DNA from: an uncultured Opitutales bacterium | GTDB lineage: Bacteria; Verrucomicrobiota; Verrucomicrobiia; Opitutales; JABSRG01 | Length of the DNA stretch: 62,049 nucleotides | Direction of reading: 5' to 3' | NCBI GenBank assembly: GCA_964417945.1 | Contig: CAYQKH010000002.1 | Coordinates: 372-62,420 of the forward strand | Shown: in pieces, positions 17,888-26,760 of the stretch | Layout of the letters: the number at the start of each line of letters is the position of its first letter | Numbering within the stretch: the stretch's first letter is position 1 | The notes under the pieces: generated by a model | Database searches by the model: none | What the model saw: only the letters and a program-made list of their open reading frames with translations | What the model was told of the DNA's origin: nothing | Translations under genes and position numbers: made by a program

Positions 17888-18871
17888 ATGCCTGAACGGA
17901 AAACGATTGTTCTCGGCTGCGGAAAAATGGTCCAGCAGGTCCATTTCAAATCTTTCGCCGCCTACCCCAACACCCGCCTTGTTGCCCTTATCGAGCCGAG
18001 TGAAGCCGCCCGCGAATCCGCTGCGGACCGCCTCGAAGCCCTTGATCTGGAGCCGCCTCCCATGTTCCCCGACCTCGACGCCTACCGCGGTGCCGGGATC
18101 GAGGCCGATGTCGCTTTTATAGCCACCCCCCACAACGCCCATTGTCAGGGGATCCTCGACTGTCTCGACCTCGGCCTCAATGTTCTCGTCGAAAAACCCA
18201 TGGTCCTCAACGAGGTGGAAGCCCGCAGCGTCATCGCCAAGCGGGACGAAACCGGCAAGACGGTCGTCGTCGGCTTCCAAGGCGGTCTCTCCCCTGAAGT
18301 CCAGAAAGCCAGGGTGATGATCCGAAATGGTGCCATCGGCAGGCTCGTCAGCGTGGTCGGCACCGTCCACCAGAACTGGAAGGAGTTGGCTACCGGCACT
18401 TGGCGAATGGAACCGGAAATTAGCGGCGGCGGCTTCCTCTTCGATACCGGCTCCCACCTTATTAATACGATGGTCCACGTCGTTGAATCCGACGTCGCCG
18501 CTCTCGAAGGGAACCTTGACTACTGCGGAACAAGAGTGGAAATCAACGCCTCGCTCAGCGGGCGCTTTGCCAACGGAGTCCTCTTCACCGTCAGTATGAG
18601 CGGCGATTCCTATGGATGCGACGGCTACATCGACCTCGTCGGCAACAAGGGTATCATCCGCCTTGGCATGTGGGGCCATATCTTTAAGAAAACCGAGGGG
18701 AATCTCCGCGTCCCCATGGAAGACCTCGAACCGGCCGCCCCCGAGACCACCTGGAAGACCTTCAACGCCATCCTCGACGGAAAAACTGAGAATACCTCGC
18801 CTCCCGAAGTCGGCCTCCGGTTTGCCCACTTCATGGACCTCCTCCGTCGAAATTGCAGCGTCATCCCGTAA
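17888..18871 (+). CDS. Gfo/Idh/MocA-family NAD(P)-dependent oxidoreductase
   Basis: N-terminal Rossmann segment IVLGCGKMVQQVHF..., EKPM motif (VLVEKPMVL) and a C-terminal alpha/beta dimerisation domain. Confidence 0.85.
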   Translation: MPERKTIVLGCGKMVQQVHFKSFAAYPNTRLVALIEPSEAARESAADRLEALDLEPPPMFPDLDAYRGAGIEADVAFIATPHNAHCQGILDCLDLGLNVLVEKPMVLNEVEARSVIAKRDETGKTVVVGFQGGLSPEVQKARVMIRNGAIGRLVSVVGTVHQNWKELATGTWRMEPEISGGGFLFDTGSHLINTMVHVVESDVAALEGNLDYCGTRVEINASLSGRFANGVLFTVSMSGDSYGCDGYIDLVGNKGIIRLGMWGHIFKKTEGNLRVPMEDLEPAAPETTWKTFNAILDGKTENTSPPEVGLRFAHFMDLLRRNCSVIP

Positions 18872-18893
18872 CTTCGCAGGCGGCGGATCCGGG

Positions 18894-19553
18894 CTAAAAC
18901 AGCTCGCCCTGTAGCCAATCTTCCCGGGTGCTGCGCTTTGCCGCGCTGTTGAAAAGCAGCCACCAGAGATCGACCGTCTCGTATCCAGGGAGCCGATACA
19001 CCTGCTTCAAGAGAAGGGCCGAGGCCAGCGCGTCGTGCAAGGCGCAGTGATGCTTCCGTCTCGTTTCGGGACAATATTCCCCGGCCAGCCCGGACAATTC
19101 CTCCTCCAAATGAAAAAGGCGCACCAGGTCCATCAACTGGTGACTATCCAAGTCAGGAAAAAGATGGGCGTAGAGGCGTCGGGTGTCGATCCACGGGCCC
19201 CAATCATTCAGCATTTCTCCTCCGTTAAGGAAGTCCGGAACCGGACCCGGGTAGGGCCAGACTTTCCGGATCAGCGAATCCTCGACCGGAGCGTGATGGG
19301 CGCCAAGCGGCCCTGTCCGGCGCAAGCCGGAAAAGAATAGCCAGTCGCTTTCCACCGGTTCGTGGTCCAAAAGGTCGCGGTTGCGGATCCCGTGCAACCG
19401 GCTGTCCACCGGATCGATCGGCCCGTCCCCCCGGCAAAGTCGCGTTTGAACGTCCACGATCCGCCCCGCGACAAGGGTCACCACCCCATACTCTACGATC
19501 CCGCAACGGGTATTTCCCTCGAAATCCAGAATATGCAACGGTGTCTTCTCCAT
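18894..19553 (-). CDS. DEDDh 3'-5' exonuclease (DnaQ/epsilon-like domain protein)
   Basis: Exo I ILDFEGN, Exo II-like region, Exo III HHCALHDALASALLL. Only the 219 codons from ATG 19553 are credited. The rest of the 495-aa ORF is antisense to the next gene. Confidence 0.75.
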   Translation of the reverse strand: MEKTPLHILDFEGNTRCGIVEYGVVTLVAGRIVDVQTRLCRGDGPIDPVDSRLHGIRNRDLLDHEPVESDWLFFSGLRRTGPLGAHHAPVEDSLIRKVWPYPGPVPDFLNGGEMLNDWGPWIDTRRLYAHLFPDLDSHQLMDLVRLFHLEEELSGLAGEYCPETRRKHHCALHDALASALLLKQVYRLPGYETVDLWWLLFNSAAKRSTREDWLQGELF

Positions 19554-19619
19554 GGGCGGAACGAAAGGCGGGCGTTTTTTCCCCTGACAATCCTCGGGGT
19601 AGCACCAAAGCTGTAGTCC

Positions 19620-20384
19620 ATGGACTTGGACCCTTTTCGTCAATTCATAGAAGTGCTCGTGCGGGAAAGTGAGGCAGTGATCAATCCGCTTTTCCGGAAC
19701 GAATCCCTTGAGATCGTCCTCAAAGGGGATGATACCCCCGTCACCCAGGCGGACCGGGGCGCCGAGGAGGTCATTCGCCGCCTTATCAACCACACCTATC
19801 CCGATCACGGGATTATCGGTGAAGAATACGGTGAGGAAAATCCCGACGCCGACTTCGTTTGGGTCCTCGATCCCGTCGACGGCACCCTCAGCTTTACTTA
19901 CGGGATTCCTCTTTTCGGGACCCTCATTTCCCTTAAACACAAGGGCCAACCTGTGCTCGGTGCTATCCATCAGCCCTTTCTTCGCGAATTGGTGATCGGA
20001 TCGGCAAAAGGGACGACCTTGAACGGGAAACCGGTGCGCTGCTCCGCTGTCGACTCCCTCGACCGAGCCCTCCTCCTTACCACCGATCCTCGTCGGCCCG
20101 CTGAGCTCAAACCCGATTCCGCCTTTTCGGAGCTCGCCCGCCAATGCCGCCTTTTTCGAAGCTGGGGCGATGCCTACGGCTACCTTATGGTGGCCTGCGG
20201 ACGGGCCGAGATTATGACCGACCCTGTCGTCAAGGAGTGGGACTTCGTCGGGCACATCCCCATCATCCGGGGAGCCGGCGGCGTCATTACCGACTGGGAA
20301 GGCAACGACCCCGTCGGGGCGACTTCTGTCATTTGCGCGAACGCCGTCCTCCATCCCAAAGTTATGGAGATCCTTCATCAATGA
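19620..20384 (+). CDS. Inositol monophosphatase-family phosphatase (possible histidinol-phosphatase HisN type)
   Basis: TQADRGAEEVI, IIGEE and WVLDPVDGT metal-binding motifs. WDFVGHIPIIRGAGG near the C terminus. Confidence 0.85.
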   Translation: MDLDPFRQFIEVLVRESEAVINPLFRNESLEIVLKGDDTPVTQADRGAEEVIRRLINHTYPDHGIIGEEYGEENPDADFVWVLDPVDGTLSFTYGIPLFGTLISLKHKGQPVLGAIHQPFLRELVIGSAKGTTLNGKPVRCSAVDSLDRALLLTTDPRRPAELKPDSAFSELARQCRLFRSWGDAYGYLMVACGRAEIMTDPVVKEWDFVGHIPIIRGAGGVITDWEGNDPVGATSVICANAVLHPKVMEILHQ

Positions 20385-20459
20385 GGCGTCACAACCGTCG
20401 GCTTCCGGCGGACTGAAAGGGGAATCTCGTATCCGCCACGTAGATCCAACGAGCCAATG

Positions 20460-21155
20460 CTAAAGATCGCGCCGACGAACTCGCTGCGTGCTCTCCCGGC
20501 TGTAGGCCAGGGTTTCCGGCTCAAGAAAGCCATTGAAGACCATCCCCGTCATCACGACTGAACGCCGTCCCAGGACCGTCCCCGGTTGCAGCACCGCATT
20601 GCTGCCAATCTCCGCTCCGTCCCCGAGGATGGCTCCCAGTTTTCGTAAACCCGTCGGAACTTTTCCTTCGCGGGTCCAGGCCGCAACCTCCCGCCCGTCG
20701 AATCGCAGGTTCGAGAGAATGGATCCCGCTCCGAGATGCGCACCGTTCCCCAAAAGCGAATCGCCCACATAGGAAAAATGCGGAACCTCTGCGCCATCCA
20801 GCAACAGGCTATTCTTAAATTCGCAGGAATTCCCCAGGACACACGCCCGGGTGGCAATCACGTTCCCTCTGATGTAGAAACCTGGGCGAAGTTCGCAGCC
20901 TTCTCCGATAAAAGCGGGACCGATCAGGGTCCCCGTGTGCGGCAAGTCCACGCTCTCATGCACGTAGACCGGCCCTTCCGCGTGGATTCCCGGCGGAATC
21001 TCCCGCTCCGAGGAATGGCGATAACGCTTCCAGTCCAAACCCTCCAAAGCGGGACGAATCGCCGCAATCCATTCCCACGGAGCCGCCTCCGGAGGGAAAG
21101 CATCCCCGAATACCGCAAGGCCTTCAGGACGGTTAATTAAGGCTTTTGTTTTCAT
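20460..21155 (-). CDS. Left-handed beta-helix (hexapeptide-repeat) transferase, GlmU C-terminal-like
   Basis: Repeated [LIV]G-x4 hexapeptides (IGEGCELRPGFYIRGNVI...LGNSCEFKNSLL...VGDSLLGNGAHLGAGSIL). Confidence 0.65.
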   Translation of the reverse strand: MKTKALINRPEGLAVFGDAFPPEAAPWEWIAAIRPALEGLDWKRYRHSSEREIPPGIHAEGPVYVHESVDLPHTGTLIGPAFIGEGCELRPGFYIRGNVIATRACVLGNSCEFKNSLLLDGAEVPHFSYVGDSLLGNGAHLGAGSILSNLRFDGREVAAWTREGKVPTGLRKLGAILGDGAEIGSNAVLQPGTVLGRRSVVMTGMVFNGFLEPETLAYSRESTQRVRRRDL

Positions 21156-21346
21156 TGCCGTAGAATGGTCCTTCCCTATATTGTATTCAAGTTACCTTTC
21201 CTCAATCGCAACCCGTAAAGGCTTTGTAAAGAGAGCCTACAATTAAAGAATAAAACCAAGGATCATTGAAAATCTTTGTAAAAAGCGGGGGGTTCTTAAG
21301 GTTTTATTTTTTTTGTGACCGGAACCCCCTAAGGTTAAAAATAGAA

Positions 21347-21868
21347 ATGAAAAATTCGGCACTGGACAGAATACGATCATCCCTCCTGGGCATGACTTTG
21401 GTCGAGGTGATGGTCGCCATGGTCATCCTTTCGATGCTTTCGGTCGGCTTGCTTAACGGCGTGCTGCAATCGCGGAAAATTACCGAAGAAAACATCTATC
21501 ATTCCGCCGCCATGAACGCCACTGTGGGCTACCTCGAGCAATTAAAAAGCCTCCCGTATGGGGAAATTCGCCAAGCCATCAGTGATCCCTTTGGCTCCCC
21601 CCTAAAGACCGTCATCGATTCCACAACCGACGACCCGATTTATTTGAATACCTGGAATTATAAAAATTTGACCATCAATGTCGATGAGAACGGCAGCACG
21701 ATCGAAAATATGGACTTTTGGGTCTGGCCACAAGTTGAGGATCTGGCCACCGGCCATAATCAACCCGCGGTTGCCATTCGCATGGCCTATGCCTGGCGCT
21801 CGCCTGTCACAAATTCCTACCGTCTTGGGAACTTGAAAATCGTCCGGTCTTCCGTTGTCACCTATTAA
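21347..21868 (+). CDS. Prepilin-type minor pseudopilin, GspI-like (174 aa)
   Basis: Class III signal: MKNSALDRIRSSLLG|MTLVEVMVAMVILSMLSVGLL with Glu at +5. ATG 21347 is preferred to the TTG at 21266. Confidence 0.8.
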   Translation: MKNSALDRIRSSLLGMTLVEVMVAMVILSMLSVGLLNGVLQSRKITEENIYHSAAMNATVGYLEQLKSLPYGEIRQAISDPFGSPLKTVIDSTTDDPIYLNTWNYKNLTINVDENGSTIENMDFWVWPQVEDLATGHNQPAVAIRMAYAWRSPVTNSYRLGNLKIVRSSVVTY

Positions 21869-21881
21869 TTCTCGTCAGATC

Positions 21882-22538
21882 ATGCACAAAAAATCCTCCA
21901 GCCAGGCGGCCGGCTTTACGGTTACCGAAATCCTCTTTGTTATGACGATCCTCTCCATCGTCATGGTTGGCGTCTTCGGAGCTTTCACCCAAGCCCAGAT
22001 GGCCCTTTTTATCAGCACTCAGAAAGCGAATATCAACCGGGATATGCGCAACTTCACCGGCGAACTTACTGAGATCGCACGCAATGCAAACCACTTTTTC
22101 ATTTACGATGCTATCGCCACCTCTGACCGCAACGAGGCGAAAGACCGAAAAGTTCAGGGGCAAACCGGGGACTTGCTCGTTCTGATTTTCCAGGAGCCCT
22201 ACCCCAACCTCGACGATCCCCAGTATATTACCCGCCTTGTCGCCTATTACCGCGATGCTACCGCCACCACCCGGGGACCTATTCGCAAGTGGGAGGTGCA
22301 ATACGCCACCACCGACTACAAGCTCGCTTCCGATAATGCAGTCGAAACTCTCCTCCCCTCCGTCGCCAACTTCCAAAGTGCCAAAAAGGTCGTCGAACTT
22401 TCTGAGGGGCTCGCCAACGGCCAACTGTTTCTCAACTACGAAGACCGGAGCATTATGGTCAAAGGCCAAATCCTCCATGGCAATGAATTTAAACGCCTGA
22501 CCGATACCTACAACTTCACCATCACACCCCGCGGCTGA
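21882..22538 (+). CDS. Prepilin-type minor pseudopilin, GspJ-like (218 aa)
   Basis: MHKKSSSQAAG|FTVTEILFVMTILSIVMVGVFGAF with Glu at +5. Starts 13 nt after the previous gene. Confidence 0.8.
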   Translation: MHKKSSSQAAGFTVTEILFVMTILSIVMVGVFGAFTQAQMALFISTQKANINRDMRNFTGELTEIARNANHFFIYDAIATSDRNEAKDRKVQGQTGDLLVLIFQEPYPNLDDPQYITRLVAYYRDATATTRGPIRKWEVQYATTDYKLASDNAVETLLPSVANFQSAKKVVELSEGLANGQLFLNYEDRSIMVKGQILHGNEFKRLTDTYNFTITPRG

Positions 22539-22540
22539 TC

Positions 22541-24709
22541 ATGAATCCTTCCTTCTCCCAAACAAACCGGCGCCAGGGATCCGCCATCCCCATTGTCGTC
22601 ATCCTCCTTATCGGGACCTCCGTCATCCTCGGAAGCGTATTACGCTATTCCGTTTCCGAAACCCGCCTCAACCGTGGCCACAATATGTGGCTTGAGGCCA
22701 AATTTACTGCTGAAGCCATCTCCGAATATGGTTTTGCCGAGCTTCGCCGCCGGTTTGATTCCCAGAACGCCTTCCCCGAAGACGCCCTCATGCCCATTAC
22801 CGGTGGCAACCCCCTTGAGCTGCCCGCTCATTTCTACAACTTTTATGCCGATACCGGCTCCAACTTCCTTAATTCCAACGTTGTCAAACCGCCAAACCCC
22901 TACGACCCCTTCGAAGATTGGGGAACCTACCCTACTGAGATCATCGCCGGCATCATCCCCCGCGGGGAATGGGTTTACATCGATCCCAATATCCCCGGGA
23001 ACGAAACCGATAAACTCAAGGGACGTCGGGTCTTCGCCCGGGGAGTCGCGGTTTATGGGAAAGCTACCATCCGGGATCCCTTTAACGGGCGCGATTTTAT
23101 CGCCTACAGCAGTCAGGAACTCCAAGTTCGGGATGCCCCCCTCTTTTCCCACGCCATCTTCTACAATATGACGATGGAAATCGCCCCCGGTCCTGCAATG
23201 GACGTCACCGGCCCCGTTCACGTCAATGGCGCCGCCTACATTCAGGCCAACAGCAGCCTCGAGTTTTTCGGCCCTGTGACCATTTCCGGCGATCTTTTTC
23301 ACGGGCGCCATCCGGACAGCGGGAAAAGCAATAGCTATGGCACTGTCGCCTTTCTCGACGGCGATACCGAATTTTCTGTAACAAACATGCACAACGGCTC
23401 CGAGTGGCTCGACAGCACGGTCGACGATTTCGACCATATCGCCGCAGCTCGATGGCGTGGCAATCTCCTCACCCAGGACCACCAAGTTGAACAAAAGCCG
23501 ATGGTCGATATCCCCGATTATGTCGAAGATGATCCGGATACCGCCGCCGTCGACGACGCCCTCAACTACGCACACGAAATCGTCGGCCCCGCCCGGGCGA
23601 AGACCGACCCTGCCTACGCCCCGGAAACCGAAAAACAGAAATTTTCCTACAAGGCCGGTCTCACCATGCGGGTTGATACTTCCACGGGCACCTACGAACT
23701 CGTCACCTTCAAGCGCGATGCCAACGGGGACATCCTCTACGATGCCGGGACCGGGGAACCGCAGGAGGTTGTCCTCGATGATTCGGCCGATCCCATCGCC
23801 GATGTTGAATTTTTCTCCAGCACCGGTTCCGGTTCCGGAGAAACCGTGACCTCCGGCCTCCGCGACAAACGCCGCGGCAAAGCCGTCGACCTTGTCGAGG
23901 TCGACGTCGGCAAGCTTCGTACCCTCGTCCACAACAATAATGAGGGAGACTGGGGCGGAGCCATCGAACAACGCCCGGAAAACTGGTGGAACGGCGTCTT
24001 TTTCGTCGAATTCCCCGATGGCCCTACCGTTACCCGCAAGGATAACATTCAACCCAGTGAGGATGGCTGGGGCGTGAAGATCAAGAACGCCCAGCAAATT
24101 CCCAATCCCTCCTTCGCCCGGGCAAAAGACATTTACGGCACCACTTTCGCCACCAATAACGTCATGTATGTCCAGGGACACATGAACGCCGATGGCGACC
24201 CGGATACCGGCACTGCCACTGACCCGGATGTGAATGACGTTGCTATCGAGCCCCCCGCCGCCCTCGCCGCCGACGCCATCAATATCCTCAGCGACAACTG
24301 GAACGACGCCAACAGCGGTAAGTCAGCTGGGGACCGCAAAGGTTATTTCACCGAAGTCTCCGCCGCCATTCTCACCGGCTTGACGCCCTCCGGAAAATCC
24401 GGCAGCGGCAGATACTCCGGCGGGGTGGAGAATTTCCCTCGCTTCCTCGAGGACTGGGACGGAACCCTCCGCATGCGCGGCTCCATCGTCTCCCTCTTCG
24501 AAAGCGAGGTCGCCACCGAGCCCTGGGGCTCCGGCGATGTTTACGGCGCTCCTACGCGGGACTGGGGATTTCATACCAAGCTCGCTCAAGGATACTATCC
24601 TCCCGGCACTCCCAACACCCGCACCTATCGCCGGTTGGACTTCCGTGACCTTACGAAGCAGGAATATACGGCGGAGATTGCTGCCCTAAAAACCTACATT
24701 ACTCCATAA
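22541..24709 (+). CDS. Large (722 aa) GspK/PilX-like pseudopilin-tip protein
   Basis: N terminus RRQGSAIPIVVILLIGTSVILGSVL: a pilin-like hydrophobic helix without Glu5, as in GspK/PilX. Long Asp/Gly/Thr-rich body. Starts 2 nt after the previous stop. Confidence 0.7.
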   Translation: MNPSFSQTNRRQGSAIPIVVILLIGTSVILGSVLRYSVSETRLNRGHNMWLEAKFTAEAISEYGFAELRRRFDSQNAFPEDALMPITGGNPLELPAHFYNFYADTGSNFLNSNVVKPPNPYDPFEDWGTYPTEIIAGIIPRGEWVYIDPNIPGNETDKLKGRRVFARGVAVYGKATIRDPFNGRDFIAYSSQELQVRDAPLFSHAIFYNMTMEIAPGPAMDVTGPVHVNGAAYIQANSSLEFFGPVTISGDLFHGRHPDSGKSNSYGTVAFLDGDTEFSVTNMHNGSEWLDSTVDDFDHIAAARWRGNLLTQDHQVEQKPMVDIPDYVEDDPDTAAVDDALNYAHEIVGPARAKTDPAYAPETEKQKFSYKAGLTMRVDTSTGTYELVTFKRDANGDILYDAGTGEPQEVVLDDSADPIADVEFFSSTGSGSGETVTSGLRDKRRGKAVDLVEVDVGKLRTLVHNNNEGDWGGAIEQRPENWWNGVFFVEFPDGPTVTRKDNIQPSEDGWGVKIKNAQQIPNPSFARAKDIYGTTFATNNVMYVQGHMNADGDPDTGTATDPDVNDVAIEPPAALAADAINILSDNWNDANSGKSAGDRKGYFTEVSAAILTGLTPSGKSGSGRYSGGVENFPRFLEDWDGTLRMRGSIVSLFESEVATEPWGSGDVYGAPTRDWGFHTKLAQGYYPPGTPNTRTYRRLDFRDLTKQEYTAEIAALKTYITP

Positions 24710-25408
24710 ATGAAGATCCGTGCGCTTCCCCTGCCCTGCCTGCTCCTCCCTTTCCTCGCCGGTTTGCCTACCCTCGCCTGGTCACAGCCCGGCGATTCAG
24801 AACCGTCCACCAACGAGAAACTCATCCAGAACCGGGCCCTTGACTCCACTCCCAAACCCGGGCGGGCCTTTGCCCGCTTCACTTATAATCTGGTGCGGGA
24901 AGAGCTTGACGGCGTCACAATGCCACGCGCTCGGTTTCAGGGGCCTATCCGCTTCCAGACCGATCCTTTTCAAGGATGGGTCACCCTTCCGCCGCAACGC
25001 GATGCTTCGGAATCCCTCGTCATGGTCCGCGAGGTTAATCCCGAGGTGCGCCTCAGCTTTTTCTGGATCCCAAAAAACACCTTTGTCTCCGATCCTCCAT
25101 CCAACCTCTGGTCTTACGCCAAAAATCTCGCCGGGAACCGTCGCGGGGTCCTGCGTTACACTATTTTATCCGAATACCCTAAGGAACCCGTCCGCAAACC
25201 GCCGAATTTTCTTCAAAGAATTCCCTGGACCTTGAAGTATTCTGTTACCAACGAGAAAACTGAGGAGTCGACCTTCGCCTACGAAATTTTCCTCGAATTC
25301 CAGGAAGCTTGGCTCAACCTCAAACTAGAAACGCCGGAGTCATTTTTCGAACCGAATGTCCAGTTTCTCGAACAACGCCTCCGCTTCAGCCAAGTCCTTG
25401 AAAATTAG
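24710..25408 (+). CDS. Secreted hypothetical protein (232 aa) translationally coupled to the tip protein
   Basis: Sec signal MKIRALPLPCLLLPFLAGLPTLAWS|QP. The ATG directly abuts the upstream TAA. No recognisable motif. Confidence 0.65.
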   Translation: MKIRALPLPCLLLPFLAGLPTLAWSQPGDSEPSTNEKLIQNRALDSTPKPGRAFARFTYNLVREELDGVTMPRARFQGPIRFQTDPFQGWVTLPPQRDASESLVMVREVNPEVRLSFFWIPKNTFVSDPPSNLWSYAKNLAGNRRGVLRYTILSEYPKEPVRKPPNFLQRIPWTLKYSVTNEKTEESTFAYEIFLEFQEAWLNLKLETPESFFEPNVQFLEQRLRFSQVLEN

Positions 25409-25473
25409 AGCCTTTCAATGGGATTGAGTTTAGGTCCGTAAGGTGGGAGAAATTCGAAAACCCTCCTTGGCCT

Positions 25474-25769
25474 TCAATGGTATTTTCCGCACCCTATCCT
25501 TTGCGACTGGCCGTAGGACACATGATCCGCACAACGCTTTCCCTTTTGCGCACGCCCATAAAGCCGAGCCATTTTTGTGTTCAACCCGGTCTCATCGATA
25601 AAGACCCGTCGTCTGCTATCCTATTGCTGCTTAAGGATCTTCCACTTATTACGGCGAATCAAAACATCAGAGCGATTCTGCTCCCCCGCGCAGATCGTTT
25701 TTTTATAGCTTAGAAAATCCTTACTGACTCCCTCGACGCGGCAACGCCGTGGTTCAAATGCGCAAGGCG
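25474..25769 (-). mobile_element. IS630-family transposase internal fragment (pseudogene)
   Basis: The minus-strand translation is ...FLSYKKTICAGEQNRSDVLIRRNKWKILKQQ*DSRRRVFIDETGLNTKMARLYGRAQKGKRC.... It contains the diagnostic IS630 block VFIDETG.NTKM.R.YGRA.KG.R. There is an in-frame TAG at 25621-25623. Both the HTH N terminus and the DDE C terminus are missing. Confidence 0.8.
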
Positions 25770-26750
25770 TTAACTTGAAATTGTCTTGGCGGCCCGCAGC
25801 TTCCGAATGGTCTGGATCACGACCATCAATCCAAGCGCGATTCCTCCCGCTACCGTTGAGGGTTCCGGAACCGGGACAATTTCACTCCCCACCAGCTTGG
25901 CTCCCGTAATGTTCCGATCGGACCAATAAACATTGTCCAAAAAGATTTGACTCGGAGCACTCCCAAATTGGACCTGATCCGAACCCCCTCCGGATGTGGA
26001 ACCATCCCAGTTCGTCACCGTCAACTGACCCCCCGTGTAAGTCGCTCCGCTAAACGTCAATATGACGTTTCCCGTCCCAAGGTCGATCGTCGAATCACTG
26101 CTTAGGGTTAGATTTCCCACCGTGTCGCTGTTTCCGTTCAACGCAAGTGTTCCGCTGGATAAGACAACGTCCGAACTGTCCGATATGACATTGCTGTTCC
26201 CGAAAACCAGCGTCCCTCCCGATATTTGAGTCGTCCCTGTGTAGGTATTGGTCCCCCCCAGGGTTAGCGTTCCCGTGCCCGCTTTGGTTAATCCACCGGT
26301 TCCCGAGACCGTTCCGTCTAACGTGATCGGCGCACTGTTCCCGTTGCTCACCGTGATCGTGTTCGGCAGCTGGATTGCGTTGCTGATCGTCGCCGTGGAG
26401 ATAACCCCCGAGTGCGTGATTGACGTCTGGATCGTCAGGGTTTGCCCCGTAACCGTGTGCGTGCTCAGAAATCCGTTGAATTGCAACCGATTTAAATCCC
26501 ACGCTTGGTTCGCATTCGAACTCGAGTTGTTGAAAAAGAATCCCGACGCAAATGTAACGTCCGCCGTTCCGTCGTTTGCCGGCGTCCCATTCGGGCTCCA
26601 GTTGTTCGCCGTCGTCCAGTTATTCCCAGATCCTCCGTTGTCCCACGTTTGCCCTTCCGCTCCGGTCAGAAACAACAGTGACAGACTACTGTACACCAAC
26701 AACCCACGAAGTTTGAGCACTTGTTTTGCCGTTTTTATCCTGAAGGTCAT
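25770..26750 (-). CDS. PEP-CTERM-anchored surface protein made of autotransporter-associated beta-strand repeats
   Basis: Signal peptide. WDNGGSGNNWTTANNWSPNGTP. Repeats GTGTLTLGGTNTYTGTTQISGGTLVFG. C terminus VPVPEPSTVAGGIALGLMVVIQTIRKLR has the PEP motif, a TM helix and a basic cluster. Confidence 0.88.
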   Translation of the reverse strand: MTFRIKTAKQVLKLRGLLVYSSLSLLFLTGAEGQTWDNGGSGNNWTTANNWSPNGTPANDGTADVTFASGFFFNNSSSNANQAWDLNRLQFNGFLSTHTVTGQTLTIQTSITHSGVISTATISNAIQLPNTITVSNGNSAPITLDGTVSGTGGLTKAGTGTLTLGGTNTYTGTTQISGGTLVFGNSNVISDSSDVVLSSGTLALNGNSDTVGNLTLSSDSTIDLGTGNVILTFSGATYTGGQLTVTNWDGSTSGGGSDQVQFGSAPSQIFLDNVYWSDRNITGAKLVGSEIVPVPEPSTVAGGIALGLMVVIQTIRKLRAAKTISS

Positions 26751-26760
26751 ACCGTGATTA

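Noticed and set aside
17315-18829. 504-aa minus-strand ORF spanning the nitroreductase and Gfo/Idh/MocA genes
   Set aside because: It is antisense to two plus-strand genes with clear family motifs. Its translation is Gly/Asp/Val/Arg-rich with no motifs, a typical shadow ORF in GC-rich DNA.
19554-20381. Upstream 276 codons of the 495-aa minus ORF (18894-20381)
   Set aside because: This part is antisense to the IMPase-family gene, which has its metal-binding motifs intact. Only the exonuclease portion from ATG 19553 is credible.
20395-20411. Hairpin CCGTCGG-ctt-CCGGCGG between the convergent IMPase-family and LbH genes
   Set aside because: It has a 7-bp stem with one G-U pair but no U tract on either side. 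That is not enough to call a terminator.
21156-21346. Sigma-54 promoter, or a tRNA-Gly-derived direct repeat (att site), at the left edge of the accessory segment
   Set aside because: No GG-N10-GC arrangement with a TGGCAC-like -24 box is present on the plus strand. The only resemblance to the tRNA 3' end is the hexamer GGGTTC, which is too short to mean anything.
22640-24181. 513-aa minus-strand ORF inside the 722-aa tip-protein gene
   Set aside because: The plus frame has a pilin-like N terminus, tight coupling to its neighbours and a sensible composition. The minus frame is a Gly/Asp/Val-rich shadow ORF.
25477-25713. 78-aa plus-strand ORF
   Set aside because: It is antisense to the IS630 transposase remnant, whose diagnostic VFIDETG..TKMARLYGRA block reads on the minus strand.
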